A stretch of DNA of 64,000 bases from Gemmatimonadales bacterium. Lineage in GTDB: Bacteria > Gemmatimonadota > Gemmatimonadetes > Gemmatimonadales > GWC2-71-9. Position 1 is the first letter of the stretch, and the number at the start of each line of letters is the position of its first letter. The stretch covers positions 10,071 through 74,070 of the forward strand of contig DASYCE010000017.1 in assembly GCA_036500345.1 (NCBI GenBank), in the 5' to 3' direction. The translations under genes were made by a program, and so were the position numbers. Below, piece after piece: positions 1 to 7,240 of the stretch. The notes beneath the pieces were generated by a model. The model had not been told where the DNA came from, did no database searches, and saw nothing but the letters and a program-made list of their open reading frames with translations.

Positions 1-666
1 TCCCTTCGCGATCGCGCCAATGCCGAGCAGCTGTACCTCACCACGCTCAACGCGCTTGCCGCGGTGATCGGCGACGATCGTGCGCTCTATCCCGAGATCG
101 TGAACCATCTCGATACCGCGCTGGTCGACCGGTACTTCTGCAATTTCTCGCTCTTCCAGTCATTGCCCGACAACTGGGCGATCGATCAGCTCTTCCCGAT
201 CATGCCGATCCATCGTCTCATGGAGGCACCGACGCGCCGCGGGACGATCCAGGACGTCACCTGCGATTCGGACGGGGTGATCGATCGCTTTGCCGGCGGG
301 CGCAAGGGGAAGCCGTCGCTCGAACTCCATCCGTGGCGCGAGAACGAGCCATACATCCTCGGCATCTTCCTCACCGGCGCGTACCAGGAGATTCTCGGCG
401 ACCTGCACAACCTCTTCGGCGACACCAACGCCGTGCACGTGCGCCTCAAGGATGGCGGCTACGAGATCACCGACCTGGTCCACGGCGACACGGTGACCGA
501 AGTGTTGACGTACGTGCAGTTCCACGGGTCGGACCTGTTGGCGACGTTCCGCCGCAAGGTGGGGCGCGCGGCGGGGCTGTCACGTCACGATGCGAATGCG
601 TTCATCGCGGACTACGTCGCGGGCCTCGAGGGGTACACGTATCTCGAAGGGGATCTGCCGGAGTAA
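1..666 (+). CDS. speA: Biosynthetic arginine decarboxylase, C-terminal part (5' end lies outside the window)
   Basis: Frame 1 is open from base 1 to the TAA at 664-666. The translation (LFPIMPIHRL...TIQDVTCDSDG...EPYILGIFLTGAYQEILGDLHNLFGDTNAVHV) matches the conserved C-terminal region of SpeA-type PLP arginine decarboxylases as I recall it. Confidence 0.85.
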   Translation, partial: SLRDRANAEQLYLTTLNALAAVIGDDRALYPEIVNHLDTALVDRYFCNFSLFQSLPDNWAIDQLFPIMPIHRLMEAPTRRGTIQDVTCDSDGVIDRFAGGRKGKPSLELHPWRENEPYILGIFLTGAYQEILGDLHNLFGDTNAVHVRLKDGGYEITDLVHGDTVTEVLTYVQFHGSDLLATFRRKVGRAAGLSRHDANAFIADYVAGLEGYTYLEGDLPE

Positions 667-3381
667 CTATTCCGCCCTGAGCGCCCGCATCGGATCGACG
701 CGCGCCGCCCGGCGCGCCGGAATGAAGCTCGCCAGCGCCGCCACGACGAGGAGCACCGCCGCGACGACGCCGAAGATCACCGGATCGTGGGACGATTCCT
801 GGAAGAGGAGCGGCTCGATCCAGTGACTCCCGCCAAGGGAGACTGCGACACCAAGAATGACACCGGCCGCCGCGAGCTTGAGCCCACCGGTCACCACGTG
901 TCCCACGATATCGCGTCTCCCCGCTCCCAGCGCCACGCGAACGCCGATCTCATGCATTCGCTGGCCCACGTTGAACGCGATCACGCTGTAGAGTCCGATC
1001 GCAGCGAGCAGCAGCGCCAGGGCGCCGAAGATGACGAACATCGAGGCACCGAGTTCCCACGCCTGTGTCTGGTCTCCGATGATGTCGCGGATTGGCGTCA
1101 CGGTGACGTACGACGCCCCCGGCATCACCGCCTGGAGCGCCTTGCGAACCGGCTCCAGCATCGCATCGGGGTCGCCCTGCACCCGGACGAAGAGTCCTCC
1201 GTGATCAGGCTGGACCTGCTCCGCAGGCCGGAGGATGTAGTACCCGGCGTGGTCGCTGAGCGAGTTGTCCTTGATGTCCTCGGAGACGCCGACCACCGTC
1301 GTGCACACCGGCGGGTTGCCGCCGCCCAGAACGCACTGGCCGATCGCGGAGGCGTGCGGCCAGAGCGCCTTGGCCATCGACTCGTTCACCACCATCACCG
1401 GCGGTGCGCCGGCAGCGTCCTGGATGCCGATGCCGCGACCGGCGATGATGCGTGTCCCCATCGTGGCGAAATAGTCGGGCGACACGGCATTCATGTCGAA
1501 ACTTCCCGGCACCGAATCGATCCCGTCGACCCCGCGCACGCGAATTCCGGTCGCAGTGCTGGTATTCCAGAAGGGCATCGTGAGCTGCCGCGACACGTGC
1601 TCCACGCCGGGAATCGTCCCCGCCTTCGCATCGAGCGAACGGATCAGTGCGACACTGCTGGCACTGTCGAGGGCAACGCCGCGCATGTTGCGCTCGACGA
1701 GGAGGACATGCTCCGGCTGGTACCCTAGCGGGACGGCACGCACATGGCGCAGCGAACGGACGAAGAGCCCGGCGCCCACCAGCAGCACCACCGACAGCAT
1801 CCCTTGCACGACCAGCAGGGCGGAGCGCAGCCCGGAGCGTTGGTAGGTCCCTTCGCGCGCCCCTTCCTTGAGGTCGCGATTGAGATTCATGCGGCGCGTC
1901 TGGGCGAGCGGCGCGAGGCCGGTGAGGAGGCCCGCCAGCAATGCGGCGGCGCCCGCGAAGATCAGCGCCCGCGGATCATTGACAACGCTCGCGGTCGACG
2001 TCTTCGACAGGAACTCCGTGCGCAGGACTGCGCCGCCCCATTGTGCGAGCAGCACGCCGCTCACCCCGCCGAGGACCGCCAGGATGAGGCTTTCGGTGAG
2101 GAGCTGGCCGGCGAGGCGCCCGCGGGTCACACCGAGCGCCAGGCGAACGGCGATCTCGCGGCGGCGCTGCAGTGCGCGCGCCAGCAGCAGGTTGGCGACG
2201 TTGGCGCAGGCGATCAGCCAGACGATCAGCGCCACGCCGCCGATCCAGGTCGCGACCTTGGCGAGCGAGGATTCAGTCGGCCCGCGTTCGCTCAGGATCG
2301 ACGCGGCAATGGCGTGCGGCTTCGCTATATCGACCGGCGGCTGTCTTGGCCTCGCGGCGAGGTCGATGCGGTAACTCTGCACGAACGCCTGGGTGAGGTC
2401 GGCGCTTGCCTGGGCAACGGTCACGCCCGGCTTTCGTTCAACGATCATGTCAGCCCAGTACAGCGCATACGTCTTCGACCAGTCGCCGTGCTGTCCCAGT
2501 CCCGCCCACTGTTCGGCGGCAAAGACACTCGCCGGGACGAACGCCGCCGGCGGTGTCTCGGGCCAGAGGCCGGCGAAGTGCTTCGGCGCGACGCCGATGA
2601 TGGTGTACAGCGTTGAGCCGATCTGCACCTGCTGTCCCACCACGTCGCGGCGCCCGCCATACTGTGTCTGCCACATCCCGTAGCTCAACACCGCAACCGG
2701 GCTCCCTCGTGGCGGGGCGTCCTCGGCGGCGGTGAAATACCGTCCCAGCACCGGCGTCGCGTCGAAGAATCCGAAGAACCCCGACGTGACGACTCCCACC
2801 TGCATCTCGCGCGCATCGGCTCCCACGCCGACGGCCAGCGAGTTCTCCACGAAGAGCGCAGTCCGTTCGAACGAATGGGTGTTTTGCGTCAGGTCGACGA
2901 ACCGGGCATACGGCGCGGAGGTGCCCTGGTTGATTCGGCCACGGAAGGTGCTCGTCAGCACCACTCGATGCGATCGCGACGCGTCGTGCATGAACGGGGG
3001 CGCGCGGAAGAGCAGTCGGTCAACGATCGAGAACATCGCGGCATTGGCGCCGATGCCGAGCGCGAGTGTCACGATGACCCCGATGGCAAAGCCGGGGCGA
3101 TTGCGCAGGCCTCGGACGGCGTAGCGGATATCCTGGCCACGCTGTTCGATCCAGCGAACGCCGCGTGCGTCGCGATGTTCTTCGCGGTAGCGCTCGACGC
3201 CGCCGAATGACGCCAGTGCGCGGCGCCGTGCCTCGTCGGGCGGCAGGCCTTCGGTGCGGACCAGCTCGTCGGCCTCGAGATCAACGTGCAGCCTGATCTC
3301 ATCGTTCAACTCGTGATCGACGGCCTCGGCGCGAAAGAGCGCTCGCAGGCGCCGGGCGATCCGGGCGCGGAAGTTCGGCAT
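667..3381 (-). CDS. MacB-like duplicated FtsX permease without an ATPase domain (ADOP-type orphan permease), copy 1
   Basis: Track ORF 667..3756 is trimmed to the ATG at 3381 (MPNFRARIARRLRALF...); the 125 upstream codons are Ser/Arg/Pro-rich read-through overlapping the PadR gene. It has the typical N-terminus (DEIRLHVDLEADELVRTEGLPPDEARRRALASFGG...IRYAVRGLRNRPGFA). It carries two FtsX-type segments (REIAVRLALGVTRGRL and HEIGVRVALGAGRRDIV), each followed by TM helices. Confidence 0.85.
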   Translation of the reverse strand: MPNFRARIARRLRALFRAEAVDHELNDEIRLHVDLEADELVRTEGLPPDEARRRALASFGGVERYREEHRDARGVRWIEQRGQDIRYAVRGLRNRPGFAIGVIVTLALGIGANAAMFSIVDRLLFRAPPFMHDASRSHRVVLTSTFRGRINQGTSAPYARFVDLTQNTHSFERTALFVENSLAVGVGADAREMQVGVVTSGFFGFFDATPVLGRYFTAAEDAPPRGSPVAVLSYGMWQTQYGGRRDVVGQQVQIGSTLYTIIGVAPKHFAGLWPETPPAAFVPASVFAAEQWAGLGQHGDWSKTYALYWADMIVERKPGVTVAQASADLTQAFVQSYRIDLAARPRQPPVDIAKPHAIAASILSERGPTESSLAKVATWIGGVALIVWLIACANVANLLLARALQRRREIAVRLALGVTRGRLAGQLLTESLILAVLGGVSGVLLAQWGGAVLRTEFLSKTSTASVVNDPRALIFAGAAALLAGLLTGLAPLAQTRRMNLNRDLKEGAREGTYQRSGLRSALLVVQGMLSVVLLVGAGLFVRSLRHVRAVPLGYQPEHVLLVERNMRGVALDSASSVALIRSLDAKAGTIPGVEHVSRQLTMPFWNTSTATGIRVRGVDGIDSVPGSFDMNAVSPDYFATMGTRIIAGRGIGIQDAAGAPPVMVVNESMAKALWPHASAIGQCVLGGGNPPVCTTVVGVSEDIKDNSLSDHAGYYILRPAEQVQPDHGGLFVRVQGDPDAMLEPVRKALQAVMPGASYVTVTPIRDIIGDQTQAWELGASMFVIFGALALLLAAIGLYSVIAFNVGQRMHEIGVRVALGAGRRDIVGHVVTGGLKLAAAGVILGVAVSLGGSHWIEPLLFQESSHDPVIFGVVAAVLLVVAALASFIPARRAARVDPMRALRAE

Positions 3382-3391
3382 GGTCGCTTCC

Positions 3392-3721
3392 TCAGCTGGC
3401 GTGGAGGACCTGATCGACCGCGGCGGAGAAGAGGCGCCACGCCGATCGCTCGGCGGTGAGCCGTTTCTTCCCCAGCGCGGTGATGGTGTAGATCTTCGCC
3501 CGGCGTCCTTCCGCGCTGATCCCCCACTCGGCGCTGATCCACCCCTCGTCTTCAAGGCGGTAGAGGGCGGGGTAGAGGCTCCCCTGGCCGACGTTGAGGA
3601 CGTCGCTGGAGAGGGCACGGAGGCGCTTGGAGATCGCCCACCCATGGAGCGGTCCGAGGAGGAGGGCCTTGAGCACCAGCAGATCGAGGGTGCCCTGGAG
3701 GAGGTCGGCGCGATTCGGCAT
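3392..3721 (-). CDS. PadR family transcriptional regulator (copy 1)
   Basis: Winged-helix PadR signature LLQGTLDLLVLKALLLGPLHGWAISKRL...GSLYPALYRLEDEGWI...RRAKIYTITALGKKRL. I chose the ATG at 3721; the track ORF starts 21 codons earlier. The stop lies 10 nt upstream of the permease start, consistent with an operon. Confidence 0.9.
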   Translation of the reverse strand: MPNRADLLQGTLDLLVLKALLLGPLHGWAISKRLRALSSDVLNVGQGSLYPALYRLEDEGWISAEWGISAEGRRAKIYTITALGKKRLTAERSAWRLFSAAVDQVLHAS

Positions 3722-3747
3722 ATGATGGTCCCTGATATTATGACACT

Positions 3748-3776
3748 CGACAACAAAGAATCGTTGCGTGTTGTCG
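3748..3776. promoter_or_regulatory. Inverted repeat CGACAACA-N13-TGTTGTCG in the divergent PadR1 / beta-propeller intergenic region (candidate operator)
   Basis: Arms at 3748-3755 and 3769-3776 are exact reverse complements. They sit in the only AT-richer stretch between the PadR start (3721) and the propeller start (3886). Confidence 0.3.
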
Positions 3777-3885
3777 GATGTCAAGGTATCGACGTTCCAT
3801 CGCTGCGCCGTTCCGGCCTTGGAACCAGCGCGGCGGCGAGCGTAGCTTCCGCCGGCGGGCAGAACCCTGGCGGAGAGGAGCGGCG

Positions 3886-5055
3886 ATGACGCGTCCAGGC
3901 GGTTTCCTCACCAGCTCCGTCGCCGCGCTCGTAAGCATCGGCTGTGCCCGATCGGCCGCGCGCAGCGCCACCTACACGGTGGACACGACGGCTGACACCG
4001 TGCACGTGGTGAACACGGCCCCCTCGACGTGGACCGGCACCACGGGGTGGCACCTCGTGCTCGAACGGACGATCCATCCCGGCGCCGGCGCTCCCGAAGA
4101 ACTGATTCATCCGACCGCGCTCGTTGCATCGAGTACCGGCGAGCTCTTCATCCTCGATCGCCAGCCGGCGGTGATCAAGCGCTTCTCCGCCGATGGACAC
4201 TTTCTCGGCACGATCGGCCGTCAAGGAAGCGGCCCCGGAGAATTCGGTGAATACGGCGTGCTCTACATCGTGCACGACACGCTGCTCGTGCAGGACGCCA
4301 GCCAGACACGCGCGACGGTCTTCGCGCCCGACGGTCATTTCGTGAGCAGCTGGTTGAGCGTCCCGATCGCCGCAACCGAGATGGTGGCAGACGATTCAGG
4401 GAGGGTCCCGATGGAGGCGCCGACCGGGACGCATGCGATCAACAGCGGACACCTTGTCGTGCGATACCACGCCGACGGCCGGATCGCTGACTCCGTCTGG
4501 TATCCCGCCGCGCCCGAACCCGCGGTCTGGCACCTCAAGACGGCGCACGCCGACATGGGGATGGTCGTGCCATTCACGCCTGACCATGTCGATGCATTCG
4601 ATCGGGCCGGGCGATTGATCAGTGGCGAGCAGAACCGCTATCGTCTGACCTATTCGTCCGGCGGACACCATGTCGACCGCCTTGTCGACGCCCCCGCGGC
4701 TCCGGTGCGAATTCCCGATTCATTGCGAACAGCCGAGTTCACCGCCGCGACGACGCGAAGCGCGTGGCTCGCCGGCGTGGCGCATCTGGACGACATTCCG
4801 CGCGACTATCCGGTCTGGACCGCGATCGTCGCGGATGGGGCGAACAATCTCTGGGTCCTTCGGCCCGGGCCGGCCGGCGATGGCGATCACTGGGATGTCT
4901 TCGGCGCTGATGGTCATCTCCTGGGCGCGGCGGAAGCACCGTTCCATCACGCCGATCACACCTTCTGGACGCGCGACCACGTCTATGTCCTGCAGGACGC
5001 CGACGATGGGACGCCGGCGGTGATGGTCTACCGAATCGATCGAGGTGGCGCATGA
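3886..5055 (+). CDS. 6-bladed beta-propeller (NHL-like) lipoprotein, paralogue 1
   Basis: Trimmed to ATG 3886, preceded by a ggagaggag RBS. The N-terminus is lipoprotein-like (AALVSIGC). Repeated DG.F(L/V)..IG..G.GPGEF-type strands and a C-terminal VYRIDR motif are shared with the next gene. Confidence 0.7.
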   Translation: MTRPGGFLTSSVAALVSIGCARSAARSATYTVDTTADTVHVVNTAPSTWTGTTGWHLVLERTIHPGAGAPEELIHPTALVASSTGELFILDRQPAVIKRFSADGHFLGTIGRQGSGPGEFGEYGVLYIVHDTLLVQDASQTRATVFAPDGHFVSSWLSVPIAATEMVADDSGRVPMEAPTGTHAINSGHLVVRYHADGRIADSVWYPAAPEPAVWHLKTAHADMGMVVPFTPDHVDAFDRAGRLISGEQNRYRLTYSSGGHHVDRLVDAPAAPVRIPDSLRTAEFTAATTRSAWLAGVAHLDDIPRDYPVWTAIVADGANNLWVLRPGPAGDGDHWDVFGADGHLLGAAEAPFHHADHTFWTRDHVYVLQDADDGTPAVMVYRIDRGGA

Positions 5056-6215
5056 GGAGCAAATCGCTGCTGGCCGTGCTCGTCGGTACAACGGCCGTCA
5101 CGCGGGTCAGCGCGCAGGCGCACCTCGCCAGGCCGGTCATCGACACCCTCGACCATCACATCGTGCGCGTGATGAACAGCGGTCCCACGGCGTGGACCGA
5201 CACCAACGGCTGGAAGCTCGTGTACGAACGGACCGTGCAGCCGGCGGACGGCGCTCCGGGAGAGCTTGGCAAGATCAGCGGCATCGCACTCCAGTCGAAC
5301 GGGCGGCTTGTTGAAGCCGAGACCGAGCATCCCGCAGTGCAACTCTTCGGCGCAGACGGCCGCTTCGTTCGCGCCATTGGGCGTGAAGGCGCAGGCCCCG
5401 GCGAGTACCGCAATCCGTATGTGATGCTCTATCACGACTCGATCGTGGTGCAGGATCAGCAACTGCATCGCGCGACCGTGTACGATCCCGACGGCAAGCT
5501 GGTCCGGAGCTTTTCGTCGGCGTGCTGCGCCTTCGGCGTGAACCACTGGGTTGATGACCATGGTCACCTCATCGCCAACGGGCTGCGCGGCTGGGAAATC
5601 TTCGACCTAACCGGGAAGCGGCTCGATTCACTGGTCCCGCCCGAAGCCGAGACGTTCCGTCGCTGGGTGGTGCGCAATGCCTCGGGCCAGACCGCGATGA
5701 GCAGCACCGTCCCATTCAGCGGGCGGAACGAGGCGATGCCGCTCCACAACGGAAGTGTCGTGTACGGTGCCACCGATCGCTATCTGCTGCTGATCACCAC
5801 CACCGGTCGCGACACGGTGCGGATCTTCGGACGGAGCGGTCTCCAGCCGGAACGCGTCAGTACCGCGAAGCGCGATTCCGTGTACGGTGAAATGATCAAA
5901 CGGGTCCCCGCAATGGCCGGCGTTGCAAAGGAGTCCGACATTCCGAGCACCGGACCGCTCTGGGACGATCTGGTGCAGGACGACGCCGGCAACATCTGGG
6001 TGACGCGCGCTGTGGGCGCGAAGCGGCTGATCGAGGCCGACGTCTTCACCGTAGATGGCAGATACCTCGGTGCGGTGGCGACGCCGTTTCCGGTGCATGT
6101 CGGCATCGGTGCCTGGTCGCGGGATCATCTCGCGGTGTTCGACGCCGACGAGAACGACCTGCCACGGGTGCGGATCTACCGGATCGACCGGCGGGTGCGG
6201 GGCGGAGGGCATTGA
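5052..6215 (+). CDS. 6-bladed beta-propeller (NHL-like) secreted protein, paralogue 2
   Basis: ATGA start/stop overlap with the previous gene at 5052-5055. Signal peptide MRSKSLLAVLVGTTAVTRVSAQA. It is collinear with paralogue 1 (GW.LV.ERT, DG.F...IGR.G.GPGE, N.WV.R, DVF..DG..LGA...PF, .YRIDR). Confidence 0.7.
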   Translation: MRSKSLLAVLVGTTAVTRVSAQAHLARPVIDTLDHHIVRVMNSGPTAWTDTNGWKLVYERTVQPADGAPGELGKISGIALQSNGRLVEAETEHPAVQLFGADGRFVRAIGREGAGPGEYRNPYVMLYHDSIVVQDQQLHRATVYDPDGKLVRSFSSACCAFGVNHWVDDHGHLIANGLRGWEIFDLTGKRLDSLVPPEAETFRRWVVRNASGQTAMSSTVPFSGRNEAMPLHNGSVVYGATDRYLLLITTTGRDTVRIFGRSGLQPERVSTAKRDSVYGEMIKRVPAMAGVAKESDIPSTGPLWDDLVQDDAGNIWVTRAVGAKRLIEADVFTVDGRYLGAVATPFPVHVGIGAWSRDHLAVFDADENDLPRVRIYRIDRRVRGGGH

Positions 6216-6313
6216 TCCCCAGTTCGCGCAAATCTGACACGCCTTGCGCCAATTGGTAGTAATCGCGGATCTGGATACTTTCCATTGTTGACGGTTCCGC
6301 AATCGGAGCGTCA

Positions 6314-6826
6314 ATGCCGGTGACCGCGAAGCTGTCCAGACTCTTCTATGAGCGTTTCGGTGATGAGATTGTCGCCGAGATGGTCGACTGGTTCAACCAG
6401 GTGGACGCAACCTACCGTAGCGATCTGCGGGAGCTCAATGAGCTGAACTTCGCGCGTTTCGACGCGAAGCTCGAGCAACGCTTCGCGCAATCGGACGCAG
6501 AAGTTGAGCGTCGCTTCGCTCAGTTCGAGATGAGACTCGAGCAACGGTTTGCACAGTCCGAGGTGAAGCTCGAACAGCGCTTCGCGCAGTCCGACGTGAA
6601 GCTCGAGCAGCGGTTCGCGCAGTCCGAGGTGAAGATTGAGCAGCGATTCGCGCAATCCGACGCCAAGGCAGAGCGGCGGCTGGCGGAGATCCAGGTCGGC
6701 CTGATCCGGCGCATCGCCGAGCTCGACGCAAAGATCGAGCAACGCCTCGGCGAGCAATCACGGGGGCTCCTGGCAATCCTCCTGACGATGGTCGCGACGG
6801 CGATCGCCTTCTGGTTCAAGCGTTGA
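6314..6826 (+). CDS. Tail-anchored coiled-coil protein built from ~10 tandem 11-residue repeats (EQRFAQS[DE]VKL)
   Basis: 170-aa ORF with high GC3. Residues 43-152 are 11-mers; six near-identical core units span residues 54-119. A single C-terminal TM helix (LLAILLTMVATAIAFWF) is followed by KR and the stop. Confidence 0.65.
   Translation: MPVTAKLSRLFYERFGDEIVAEMVDWFNQVDATYRSDLRELNELNFARFDAKLEQRFAQSDAEVERRFAQFEMRLEQRFAQSEVKLEQRFAQSDVKLEQRFAQSEVKIEQRFAQSDAKAERRLAEIQVGLIRRIAELDAKIEQRLGEQSRGLLAILLTMVATAIAFWFKR
6440..6769 (+). repeat. Tandem 33-bp coding repeat (about 10 units; six near-identical core units at 6473-6670)
   Basis: Direct reading shows units such as gagcaacggtttgcacagtccgaggtgaagctc / gaacagcgcttcgcgcagtccgacgtgaagctc / gagcagcggttcgcgcagtccgaggtgaagatt. 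They lie in frame inside the 6314..6826 CDS. Confidence 0.8.
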
Positions 6827-6838
6827 GTCGCCCTCACT

Positions 6839-6891
6839 CCTATTGACATTCTATAGGACCATCGGCACACTTCCTATCGACGTTCGATAGG
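6839..6891. promoter_or_regulatory. Two 19-bp palindromes upstream of PadR2 (candidate PadR operators)
   Basis: CCTATTGACATTCTATAGG (6839-6857) is imperfect and contains TTGACA. CCTATCGACGTTCGATAGG (6873-6891) has perfect 8-bp arms CCTATCGA/TCGATAGG. The second ends 9 nt before the GTG start at 6901 and overlaps the GGGAG RBS. Confidence 0.4.
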
Positions 6892-6900
6892 GAGCACCTC

Positions 6901-7236
6901 GTGGCCGGCCCGTCCAGCACTCCCCTCCTGCAGGGGACCCTCGACCTCCTCATCCTCAAGGCGCTATTGCTGCAGCCGCTTCACGGCCTCGGCGTCTCGC
7001 GCCGGATCGAGCAGCTCACCCGGGAGGAGTTCCAGGTCAAGCCGGGATCGCTCTTTCCGGCACTCCACCGGCTGGAGCAGGCGGGGTGGATCGAAGGCTC
7101 GTGGGGCGAATCGGAGAACAATCGCCGGGCGCGATTCTACCGACTCACTCGCACCGGGCGCCGGCAACTGGAACGTGAGACCGCCGAATGGCATCGCGTC
7201 GCCGCCGCGATGGCCGCGGCACTGCAGGCGGGGTAG
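6901..7236 (+). CDS. PadR family transcriptional regulator (copy 2)
   Basis: LLQGTLDLLILKALLLQPLHGLGVSRRIE...GSLFPALHRLEQAGWIEG...RRARFYRLTRTGRRQL. GTG start at 6901. The stop lies 4 nt before the permease ATG. Confidence 0.9.
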   Translation: MAGPSSTPLLQGTLDLLILKALLLQPLHGLGVSRRIEQLTREEFQVKPGSLFPALHRLEQAGWIEGSWGESENNRRARFYRLTRTGRRQLERETAEWHRVAAAMAAALQAG

Positions 7237-7240
7237 CGCG

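Noticed and set aside
3382-3756. 125-codon N-terminal extension of permease 1 (track start 3756). Similar extensions exist for permease 2, actC, actD, the ECF sigma, the SDR, the RND pump, tonB and exbB.
   Set aside because: The extensions overlap upstream genes and are compositionally aberrant. They precede internal ATGs that give family-typical N-termini, often with start/stop overlap coupling.
6440-6769. Regular 33-bp tandem repeats, considered as a possible CRISPR-like array or satellite.
   Set aside because: The units are contiguous with no spacers. They are in frame within a high-GC3 ORF and encode an 11-residue protein repeat. No cas genes are present.
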